Shown in pieces: positions 45,646 through 52,492 of a stretch of 52,492 bases of DNA. The stretch lies in IMG/VR virus record IMGVR_UViG_3300042922_000373, positions 1 through 52,492 of that record. One strand, given 5' to 3'. How positions within the stretch are numbered: the first letter of the stretch is position 1; every line of letters starts with the position of its first letter. This stretch comes from a virus. Its lineage: Duplodnaviria > Caudoviricetes. The notes under the pieces were generated by a model. That model saw only the letters and a program-made list of their open reading frames with translations, did no database searches and was not told the DNA's origin. A program made the translations under genes and the position numbers.

Positions 45646-45981
45646 TCATTCTACTGTTTGCGGGACTGGGTTACCTGGAACACGATCGGGGATCTTCTCG
45701 AGCCGAGGCCGGTCGGGGATGACGCCCTTGAGACCGTTCTCGATCAGCAGAAGGCGGAGCTCGCTAACGTATTCGTCCAGTCGACGACGGTTGCGGCTCT
45801 CGGCCTCGGCTCGAGTAAATTCGTAATCTCTCTCACTGACAAGATCACGCTTACGCACTGATTCCTTAGCGGATACACCAGAGCGGAGTTTCAGTATGCC
45901 CGACACTATTTCTCGAATAAACCCACCGAGTCCTGCCGACCCCAAAATAGCGATGGCGAGGGCTGCGGGGTTGTCGAGCAT
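45646..45981 (-). CDS. membrane protein (holin/antiholin-like)
   Basis: N-terminal TM followed by coiled coil; downstream of endolysin. Confidence 0.6.
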   Translation of the reverse strand: MLDNPAALAIAILGSAGLGGFIREIVSGILKLRSGVSAKESVRKRDLVSERDYEFTRAEAESRNRRRLDEYVSELRLLLIENGLKGVIPDRPRLEKIPDRVPGNPVPQTVE

Positions 45982-45985
45982 GTAA

Positions 45986-46471
45986 TCACCCCCTAGGTGG
46001 CACGTTTGGAATGCGTCGCTGGAAAGCGTCCTCGATGCGGGATCTCCAGTCACGGCGCGTCGGATCGGATCCGAATAGCTGCAACTCGAGATAGCGTCGA
46101 GCAACCCCCAAACCAGCAACAAACACGAGACATGTCGCGACTGCTGCTGTAATTGACGAAAATGCGGTTACTCCGATGATGACGAAGTACATGATGATGC
46201 CGATGAATGCTGCTACATCGGCGGCGGGTTCGATGATCCAGATGGTGGTGATGCGACCGATAAGCCCCATCAGTCCCCCAACCAAGAGGAACGTAGCCCA
46301 CCAACCTATCATCCACTCGAATCCATTGAGCTCTTTCGTCACCGTGTCGGGCGTGAAGAACAGGGCAAAGATTCCGCCGACAAACACTACCAGATAGCAG
46401 ATGATGTCGATGAGGCGGATCAGGATTTCGATTACTCGGCGCTTGCGGTCTCCTACAGGATGTCTGTCCAT
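45986..46471 (-). CDS. 4-TM membrane protein (holin-like)
   Basis: four hydrophobic helices; first gene after endolysin. Confidence 0.65.
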   Translation of the reverse strand: MDRHPVGDRKRRVIEILIRLIDIICYLVVFVGGIFALFFTPDTVTKELNGFEWMIGWWATFLLVGGLMGLIGRITTIWIIEPAADVAAFIGIIMYFVIIGVTAFSSITAAVATCLVFVAGLGVARRYLELQLFGSDPTRRDWRSRIEDAFQRRIPNVPPRG

Positions 46472-46487
46472 TAGTTTATCTCCCGTT

Positions 46488-46624
46488 GACCCACGGGGTT
46501 CCCAGCGGGGCCCTCAGTTCTCTTCGCTCGACTCGCTGGGGACGAGGAGCTATCTTGAAAGGAGCAGGGGCGATGAATCCCTGAATTATGAGAACTGAGG
46601 ACCCGGCAGGGAACCCCGTGGATC
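46488..46624 (-). ncRNA. long hairpin RNA with an anti-RBS loop
   Basis: ~31-bp interrupted stem with G-U wobbles on the minus strand; loop contains CTCCTTTCAAGA. Confidence 0.55.
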
Positions 46625-46640
46625 GTCGTGGAACTCTGGG

Positions 46641-47630
46641 TTAGAGTGCCTTGTAGTTGGCAGCTTCGGCGCGAGCGGCTGCGGCCTTCATGTTGGGGCC
46701 CCAGTTGTCGTCGTTGTCGGCGTAGCCCCACTTGGAACGAAGCCAGGCAGCGAGCGACCCGCCGTAGTTCTGGTTGAGGAAGGCCTGAAGACCCGCCGCA
46801 GAACCGGCACCCCACCGGTTGTCCATCCAGGTCGACTGCGACATGCCACGACCGTAGCCGTAGAGGTGCGCGACCTTCTGGAGACCGTTGACGTACTGGA
46901 GATCGGCGAGGTCGTTGACCGTGGCCTTGTGGTAGGACGGGTTCGGCTTCGGCGTGGTCTGTGCGACCCACTCGTTGTAGCGGTTCGTGTGACCAGCCTG
47001 CGTGCCGGCACCCCAGTCGCCATCGATGAGTCCGCTGTACCACCCGCGACCCTGAAGGTACGTCTGGTAGCGCTTGATGGCGGCGATCGTTGCCGGGCCG
47101 AGGAGTCCATCGACGATGAGCTTCTCACCCTGAGCGGCGTTGAGGAAGTTCTGCTCGTTCGCGACGTTCTGGTCGAAGACGAAGTTGTCGTTGTCGTCCC
47201 CGATGTACGCCTCGTGGTTCAGCGTGTTGTGCGTACCGAACGTGTGAGCGTGAGTCGGGAACAGCGTCTGGTGCACGTGAGCACCGACACCCCATTCCTT
47301 GCCCCAGGCAGACGCACCGGTGTATGCGACGAGGTCGCCACGCTTGACCTTCTGGCCAGAGTTGACCAGGATCTTGGAGAGGTGGATCGACGAGGCCATC
47401 TGACCGTCGTTGAGCGCGATCGAGAGTCGGCGACCCTCTGCTCCGGCGGTCGTGTGGTCGACGAGCGTGACCGTACCGTCCTCGACGGCGTAGAGCGAGG
47501 TGCCGTAGGCGACCCCGTAGTCCACAGCCGGCTCAGTCGACGGCGGGTTGCGTCGCTTGTGATCTTCGAAGGAAGAACTGATGAAGCTTGACTTGGTTGG
47601 GCGAAGGTATCCGCCCTTTACGTCTGCCAT
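46641..47630 (-). CDS. endolysin (M23 peptidase + peptidoglycan-binding domains)
   Basis: AVDY..A.GT.LYAVEDG.V...HLS...V..GQKVKRG......GAS...GAHVH; VDGLLGPATI, IDGDWGAGT. Confidence 0.85.
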   Translation of the reverse strand: MADVKGGYLRPTKSSFISSSFEDHKRRNPPSTEPAVDYGVAYGTSLYAVEDGTVTLVDHTTAGAEGRRLSIALNDGQMASSIHLSKILVNSGQKVKRGDLVAYTGASAWGKEWGVGAHVHQTLFPTHAHTFGTHNTLNHEAYIGDDNDNFVFDQNVANEQNFLNAAQGEKLIVDGLLGPATIAAIKRYQTYLQGRGWYSGLIDGDWGAGTQAGHTNRYNEWVAQTTPKPNPSYHKATVNDLADLQYVNGLQKVAHLYGYGRGMSQSTWMDNRWGAGSAAGLQAFLNQNYGGSLAAWLRSKWGYADNDDNWGPNMKAAAARAEAANYKAL

Positions 47631-47690
47631 TTGGTTCCTTTCATAGGAGTTCAGAAGACTTTTGCCGAGGGGAAAACCGACTTGCTCTGT

Positions 47691-47720
47691 GGAAAATATC
47701 CCCCCGGAGAATTTTTTAGG
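47691..47720. repeat. cos-proximal AAAAATT-NN-CCGGGGGG motif
   Basis: CCTAAAAAATTCTCCGGGGGGATATTTTCC (minus strand). Confidence 0.65.
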
Positions 47721-47729
47721 AGGGCGGCG
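47721..47729 (-). other. probable cos site (9-nt 3' overhang CGCCGCCCT)
   Basis: in a non-coding gap flanked by G/C tracts; matches the CGCCG-type 9-nt overhangs recalled for related actinophage clusters; HNH-terminase module nearby. Confidence 0.7.
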
Positions 47730-47773
47730 ATACGGGGTGGGGGCCTATATTTCGAGACCCCCTCCCCACCCCC

Positions 47774-48037
47774 TTATGCAGACCCCAAGAGGCCTTGCAC
47801 AGTGGTTTCGTCGACCTTCAAGTAGATGCCGGCTTCATCGAATTCCAGAATTTCATCAATTCCTTGTTCGATCGCTTGCATCTGATCAGCTTCAGACAAT
47901 TCATCAGAAGACTTGACCACTCGTGCCAGGTAGGCAGTGGTGTGGTAGCCCTTGCTCTCGTCGTACTGAAACCATTCATCGAACCTTGTGAAAGGATCGT
48001 AAGGATTGTCCGCTGTGGTGAGCATGTGCCCTGCCAT
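47774..48037 (-). CDS. hypothetical protein
   Basis: MLTT.DNPYDPF..FDEW..YD...GY.T..YLAR; directly after the RNAP-like gene. Confidence 0.7.
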   Translation of the reverse strand: MAGHMLTTADNPYDPFTRFDEWFQYDESKGYHTTAYLARVVKSSDELSEADQMQAIEQGIDEILEFDEAGIYLKVDETTVQGLLGSA

Positions 48038-48064
48038 GGTAGCTGTACCCCGTGTCCTTTCTAC

Positions 48065-50890
48065 TTAGCCGTTGACATAGTCGTGGAGGGTACTGGTAGG
48101 TACGCCCAGCATGGCTGCCACATCAGCGTAGTCATAGCCCCTAGCTAGGAGGGACTTGGCTCGCGTTACCTTGGCGGGGGCGATGGCCTTGACCTCGCGT
48201 GGTGTGGCCAGCTGCTTGACCTGATCCAGGTCGGCGTTGTCCAAGATGCTCTTCAGCATGTTGTTAGTAACAGCGCCTGCCTGTACAGCACTCCATTCCT
48301 TATCAGTGATCTGAATGGCCGGCTTCTTGGCTCCCATGCGGGCACGGGCTTCATTCAGGGCGGCGGACTTAATCTTCTTGATGCCGTCCTTATCCAGATC
48401 CGGGTTTGCTTCGATCCTGGCCTTAACCAGGGTACCTGCTAGAATCTGGGCCTGCCGTTCACGAGGGGCGTTTCTCTGCGCGAGATCCAGCTTCTCAGCG
48501 AGACTCTTAACTTCAGGCGCATAGGCCTTGGCTGCAGAGGGGTTCCTCTTGATGGAGGGGGTCTCAATTGTCGACTTGCGAGCAGAGTCCCCTAGTGCCT
48601 TGAGCTTGTTGGCGTGATCTGCATAGACGTGCTCCATGAGAGTACCGCCATCACGAGACAGCAGTTCACGGGCGTCATTGGCTTCGAACATCTTGGTGGA
48701 CTTACCCTGTGACCAAGGCTTGTCTACAACTTCGCCATTCTTCTTGGTGATCTGCTCACCAGTGTACTCCCAGACGCGCTTCCCTGTAGCAGGGTCAATA
48801 CGCATCTTGCGGTCTGCAGGACGGGCCTCAGACTTAGCACGAGAAATGAGAGTTGCGGCACCACGAGTAGCGCCACCCTGATAGGTCTTCTTGAGCTCCG
48901 CAATACCGTTCTGTTTCGCAGACGTACGGAAATCAAGCGAATGCTTTTCAGCATCGATGACAACCATGGAATGACGCACTGCACGAGCGAGCTCCGAATT
49001 CGGCGCACCCTGAATGGTCATGTCTGTGATCAGATTGGAGATGTCACCCATCTTCAGCTGCTTAGCCTGCTTGTTAGGCGACTTGGGCTTGCCGGTTTTG
49101 GGGTCGATCGGGAAAACGGGCTTTCCGAGTTTGGCGTCCCACGTTCCACCGTCGATGGTCTTCATTCCGTCAAAAGGCGGATGTGCCCTCTGAGGATCGA
49201 ATCCCTTGAGCCCTTGCAGAGGAGGTGCAGACTTCACACGACCCTTGCCAGATTCAGGATTCGGAATGACCAGAACCGTGTCACCATCGAAGTCGGCACC
49301 TGAAAGGCGACCGGCAACATTGGCGTTGATTCCAACAGCGTCCTTTGCCTGTTTGATGAGGCGGTTCGCTTCACGGTTACGGTTGTTCACAACGAGTTCG
49401 GGAATCTCGAACGTACCACCATGCGGATGACGAATCAGAACGACTCGCTCACCGTTGTTGTAGTTCGGGGCGTAGATCTCGTTGTCCTTCAGACTGTTAA
49501 TCGGAAGGATGACATGGTTTGCAGTTCTCGGCAGACCAGCGGCCTTCAAGTGGTTTGCAGCGGAATCGATGCCATCAGCGTACGACTCCAGGAGCTTCTT
49601 CTTGATAACCGGGTTTGTCAGGGAGTTGATCTCGTCGAGTTCGGCCTTTTTGCGATCGTACGCAAGCGACAGCTGCTCGCGGGCCAGATCGGGCGACTGC
49701 TTTGACAGGAACTGAGACGAAAGCGACTTGGACCACTTGGACCAGCCACCTTCTTCACCAGAATAGGAGATGTCGTTTCCGTCATCATCCTTCTTCACAG
49801 ATCCGACGATGTTAAGCGGCGACTGATGCTGCTTTCCGTCTTTTCCGGGATAGTTGATCTGGCGAACGATCGATCCGAACGGAAGCTCGGTGTCTTCACC
49901 GGTATTCGCGTCCTTCTTGATCGGCTTCATAGCCTTGAGCTTGTCGCCCGTGTTCGTCTTGTTCGTGTTGAAGATCATGTCATAGCCGTCCGGCACATCG
50001 TCCGAATACATGGCCATGCCCTTGAGGTAGTGATCGTTTCCGACCTTGATACGCACCTGGGCGTACCGTGAGCTACCGAGGGACAGATCGTCGACTCCAC
50101 GACGAAGCTCGATGACACCGTCCTTCTGATCTCCGCCATCTTCCGCATAACGGACAGCCACTCGAGAGGGCTTTACCGCAACGGGAGGCTTGACGTCGAG
50201 ATAGGTACGGCCACCGTCTTCGCTGTAGGTCGCGATCGACTTGATCTTCTCAGGGTGGTTGATGACATCGGGGAACCGCGTTCCAGGAGGGGCGAGCACC
50301 TTGGTGGTGGTGTTCTTTCCCGTTCCCAGCTGGTTGACAGGCACATAGAAGACTTCGTAGCCCTCGTCCTTGAGCATGGCAACCGACACAGCGAGCTTTT
50401 CAGGGCTCACACCGAGGTGGTTACCCGTTCCCTTACCGATGTCGAGGAATCCGCCGGACTTCTCCATGTTGTCCTTCAGAGTTCCCGCGGTTGCCAACAG
50501 AATGGCTTCCTTGGTGTCCTCGGAGGGCTTCAGGAGTGCACGGATGGACGACTCGTTGCGACCCATGATCTCACCGATGGCGACGTTCGAGTTTCCGGCG
50601 TCCTTGAGTCGGACAGCGCGGGCTCGGTCTTCAGCATCGATGCGGGCCTTGGCGATCGTCTTTGCATTGCGGAGATCCGTAGTCGTGAACTTGACCTCGT
50701 CGGTCGAGAAAGCGCGTGCGATCTCAACAGGCGAGAAGCCCTTGTCTTCGAGGTCCTTGATGTGGGCGAGCATGTCCTTACCGCGCTGGTAGGGAGTCTC
50801 ACCCGAACCCCAAGGATAGCGTCCCGACTTGCGGAGGACGCCATAGTGAGCGAGAAACTCATCGTGGTCCACATCACTGTCGAAAATCAC
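48065..50890 (-). CDS. single-chain two-barrel (double-psi beta-barrel) RNA polymerase, YonO/QDE-1-like, with N- and C-terminal HTH
   Basis: QVRI...YLKGM; VLIRHPH; LSGADFDGD catalytic motif; MGDISN; SMVVIDAEKH; HTHs SNVAIGEIMGRNESSIRALL and YADVAAMLGVPTSTL. Confidence 0.8.
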   Translation of the reverse strand: MIFDSDVDHDEFLAHYGVLRKSGRYPWGSGETPYQRGKDMLAHIKDLEDKGFSPVEIARAFSTDEVKFTTTDLRNAKTIAKARIDAEDRARAVRLKDAGNSNVAIGEIMGRNESSIRALLKPSEDTKEAILLATAGTLKDNMEKSGGFLDIGKGTGNHLGVSPEKLAVSVAMLKDEGYEVFYVPVNQLGTGKNTTTKVLAPPGTRFPDVINHPEKIKSIATYSEDGGRTYLDVKPPVAVKPSRVAVRYAEDGGDQKDGVIELRRGVDDLSLGSSRYAQVRIKVGNDHYLKGMAMYSDDVPDGYDMIFNTNKTNTGDKLKAMKPIKKDANTGEDTELPFGSIVRQINYPGKDGKQHQSPLNIVGSVKKDDDGNDISYSGEEGGWSKWSKSLSSQFLSKQSPDLAREQLSLAYDRKKAELDEINSLTNPVIKKKLLESYADGIDSAANHLKAAGLPRTANHVILPINSLKDNEIYAPNYNNGERVVLIRHPHGGTFEIPELVVNNRNREANRLIKQAKDAVGINANVAGRLSGADFDGDTVLVIPNPESGKGRVKSAPPLQGLKGFDPQRAHPPFDGMKTIDGGTWDAKLGKPVFPIDPKTGKPKSPNKQAKQLKMGDISNLITDMTIQGAPNSELARAVRHSMVVIDAEKHSLDFRTSAKQNGIAELKKTYQGGATRGAATLISRAKSEARPADRKMRIDPATGKRVWEYTGEQITKKNGEVVDKPWSQGKSTKMFEANDARELLSRDGGTLMEHVYADHANKLKALGDSARKSTIETPSIKRNPSAAKAYAPEVKSLAEKLDLAQRNAPRERQAQILAGTLVKARIEANPDLDKDGIKKIKSAALNEARARMGAKKPAIQITDKEWSAVQAGAVTNNMLKSILDNADLDQVKQLATPREVKAIAPAKVTRAKSLLARGYDYADVAAMLGVPTSTLHDYVNG

Positions 50891-51480
50891 AGGGCATCCT
50901 CCAATCGGACCTGGTCGTAGATGGCGTCGGCGTTGATGGTCTTTTCCATGATCTCTTCGATCCGCCGGGGGTCAGGAATGAATTCCTTGTACGGTTCGTC
51001 GTTCTGGTAGATGCGCAGAACGATCAACATGTCGTACGGACTCTTCTTGTACTCGAGGCAGAAGTACGCAGCGTAAACTTCAAGCTGCGTGAATGCCGTA
51101 CGAGTGGTCCCGGTCTTCAAGTCGTGAATGCGAAGCACCCACAGCTTTTCACCGGTCTCCTGGATGACCTCTTCACGGTAACCGATGCAATCGGCCGTTC
51201 CAAAGGCATTGTAGGTGACGAAGAGGACGACTTCGGGACTCATGCGGAATCCAATGCCGTCGTTGACGTAACAGTTGAAGGACGAACGGTTCTTCGGTCG
51301 CTTCATACCCAGGACGATGTCCCGAGCAGCGAGGTCGTGCAGGTCAGTCCCACGCTGAGCCTGGAGGTTGTTGCGCATGGAAAGACGGAGCTTGTTGTTG
51401 TCATAGCCCAGCCAGTGGTGCTTCGACGCACTAAGCGGCGCGTGCCTTCCTTGCACTTCTGAATGTCTGTTGAATTGCAT
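50887..51480 (-). CDS. PD-(D/E)XK exonuclease (Cas4/DUF2800-like)
   Basis: HAPLSAS; RGTDLH; E..L....AFGTAD; IHDLKTG; QLEVYA. Confidence 0.75.
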   Translation of the reverse strand: MQFNRHSEVQGRHAPLSASKHHWLGYDNNKLRLSMRNNLQAQRGTDLHDLAARDIVLGMKRPKNRSSFNCYVNDGIGFRMSPEVVLFVTYNAFGTADCIGYREEVIQETGEKLWVLRIHDLKTGTTRTAFTQLEVYAAYFCLEYKKSPYDMLIVLRIYQNDEPYKEFIPDPRRIEEIMEKTINADAIYDQVRLEDAL

Positions 51481-51769
51481 CTAGAATCGCTTCCTTGTTC
51501 TCGGGGTAAATGAAAGCGCCAAACGACATGTCATCACACTTGTCGATGTAGTAGTCCTGGTTCGGTTGGTGGTCCGAGTTCCAGGCTGCTTTGACTTCCA
51601 GCATTACCCATTTGTTCTTGTACAACACGATGAGATCTGGGATCCCCGTCCGAAGCTGCGCATCGTTCTTCAAAATGATGCACTCTGGATAGAGGGCCTC
51701 AAGTTCCTTGATGAGCTCAGCTTGGAATGCGGATTCCAGCTTTTGCTCACGTTTGGTAACATTGGGCAT
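51431..51769 (-). CDS. VRR-NUC domain nuclease (Holliday junction resolvase-like)
   Basis: LESAFQ..L...GIPDLIVL....W.MLEVK.......PNQ. Confidence 0.8.
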   Translation of the reverse strand: MPNVTKREQKLESAFQAELIKELEALYPECIILKNDAQLRTGIPDLIVLYKNKWVMLEVKAAWNSDHQPNQDYYIDKCDDMSFGAFIYPENKEAILDAIQQTFRSARKARAA

Positions 51770-51827
51770 CAGATCAAGACTCCTGTAACAAAAACATAAC
51801 CGAGGTGGTAGGCATATCCTACTCCTT

Positions 51828-51854
51828 TCATTATAACCCATGTATCGAATGCGT
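51828..51854 (-). promoter_or_regulatory. 27-bp conserved promoter-like motif upstream of the nuclease-nuclease-RNAP operon
   Basis: ACGCATTCGATACATGGGTTATAATGA. Confidence 0.7.
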
Positions 51855-51893
51855 GGGCAAATGAAAAAACGGTGTTTTGGGCCTCGGTCAGAC

Positions 51894-51933
51894 AAAAAGT
51901 GAAAGCCCGTGTGGTTAGCACGAGCACTCACTT
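51894..51933 (-). terminator. intrinsic terminator with CTAACCA loop
   Basis: AAGTGA..GCTCGTG-CTAACCA-CACGGGC..TCACTTTTT. Confidence 0.7.
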
Positions 51934-51938
51934 ATCAG

Positions 51939-52094
51939 CTACAGCTGGCGGTGTACTGTGGGCCAGTAGTGCGGGATCGAGTTGATGAGGATCTGACGGA
52001 CGTGCTCCTCGGCACTCTCCGGGGTGTGGAAAGCTCCGGGAACGGCGTCCAGGTCAACCTCAACAACGAGAGTCACGCGCTGTCCATTAGGCAT
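51939..52094 (-). CDS. small hypothetical protein (51 aa, not in the ORF track)
   Basis: GAAAGGAAG RBS after the motif at 52116; MPNGQRVTLVVEVDLDAVPGAFHTPES... Confidence 0.7.
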   Translation of the reverse strand: MPNGQRVTLVVEVDLDAVPGAFHTPESAEEHVRQILINSIPHYWPTVHRQL

Positions 52095-52115
52095 GGTACT
52101 TCCTTTCGTAGGTGG

Positions 52116-52142
52116 TCATTATAGGCCTTGTAGACCCCGCGA
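52116..52142 (-). promoter_or_regulatory. 27-bp conserved promoter-like motif
   Basis: TCGCGGGGTCTACAAGGCCTATAATGA. Confidence 0.8.
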
Positions 52143-52149
52143 ACGGCTC

Positions 52150-52492
52150 GTGGCCAAATGTGGCGGTTTTTGGACAAGTAGTTTGTTTTGTAGAGAGATT
52201 AGTTTAGCTCTTAAATTTACCTACAAACTTGGCCACTTGGCCACGGGGGATCCTCAACTTCGGCAAATGTCCACACATACCCCCGTTTTGGGGCGTTTTG
52301 AGCCTACTTTAGTCACATTAGTCACACTTTTAACAGTTTTCACACACGCTCCCGTGGCCAAGTACGTACCCAAAGGTGGCCATTTGCCCACTTATTTGGG
52401 TTTTTTGTGGGCGTTACTGTCATAAAAGTGCAGTTTTTATGGCAGAAAGTGCCCACAATTTTTCGGACAACTTGGCCACTTGGCCACATGTG
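52150..52492. repeat. AT-rich region with TGGCCA/GTGGC/GCCCAC repeats (candidate replication origin)
   Basis: AACTTGGCCACTTGGCCAC twice (~52226 and ~52469), further GTGGCCA copies, T-tracts, TTAGTCACA tandem; no credible ORF. Confidence 0.55.

Noticed and set aside
46553-46584. Plus-strand mini-ORF (RBS then ATG AAT CCC TGA)
   Set aside because: Only three codons; G-U pairing and genome polarity favour the minus-strand RNA reading, though it cannot be fully excluded
50887-51480. Cas4 as evidence of a CRISPR system
   Set aside because: Stand-alone phage PD-(D/E)XK exonuclease without the four-Cys iron-sulfur cluster; no array
1-52492. Integrase, repressor or lysogeny module
   Set aside because: No tyrosine or serine recombinase motifs or divergent repressor gene seen; part of the genome may lie outside the window

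Overview
This window is most of a lytic siphovirus genome from a high-GC actinobacterial host. Gene content and order resemble the Arthrobacter AM/AU/AW, Streptomyces BI, Rhodococcus CC, Gordonia DJ and Microbacterium EL type (recognised by eye, not by a database search). All credible genes are on the minus strand. The assembly is circularly permuted, with a probable cos site (CGCCGCCCT on the minus strand) at 47721-47729. Reading leftward from there come the lysis genes, HNH/terminase/portal, a protease-capsid fusion, tail genes and a holin. Next is a region of promoter-RBS-small ORF-terminator cassettes, then a helicase-primase-polymerase fusion, a paralog array, a ~700 bp non-coding RNA cluster, two degenerate HNH proteins and an SF2 helicase. 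To the right of cos are a 941-aa protein, two nucleases and an origin-like repeat region. Highlights: (1) The 941-aa protein has the motifs of a single-chain two-barrel (YonO/QDE-1-like) RNA polymerase. (2) It carries an N-terminal 'FLAHYG' tag shared with head proteins, suggesting prohead-protease processing and virion packaging. (3) A 27-bp promoter-like motif occurs 12 times. (4) A pistol ribozyme matching the consensus heads a cluster of structured RNAs that includes an aberrant tRNA-like RNA. (5) A long late-region hairpin RNA has a loop complementary to the extended RBS of four genes. No integrase, repressor or CRISPR array was seen.
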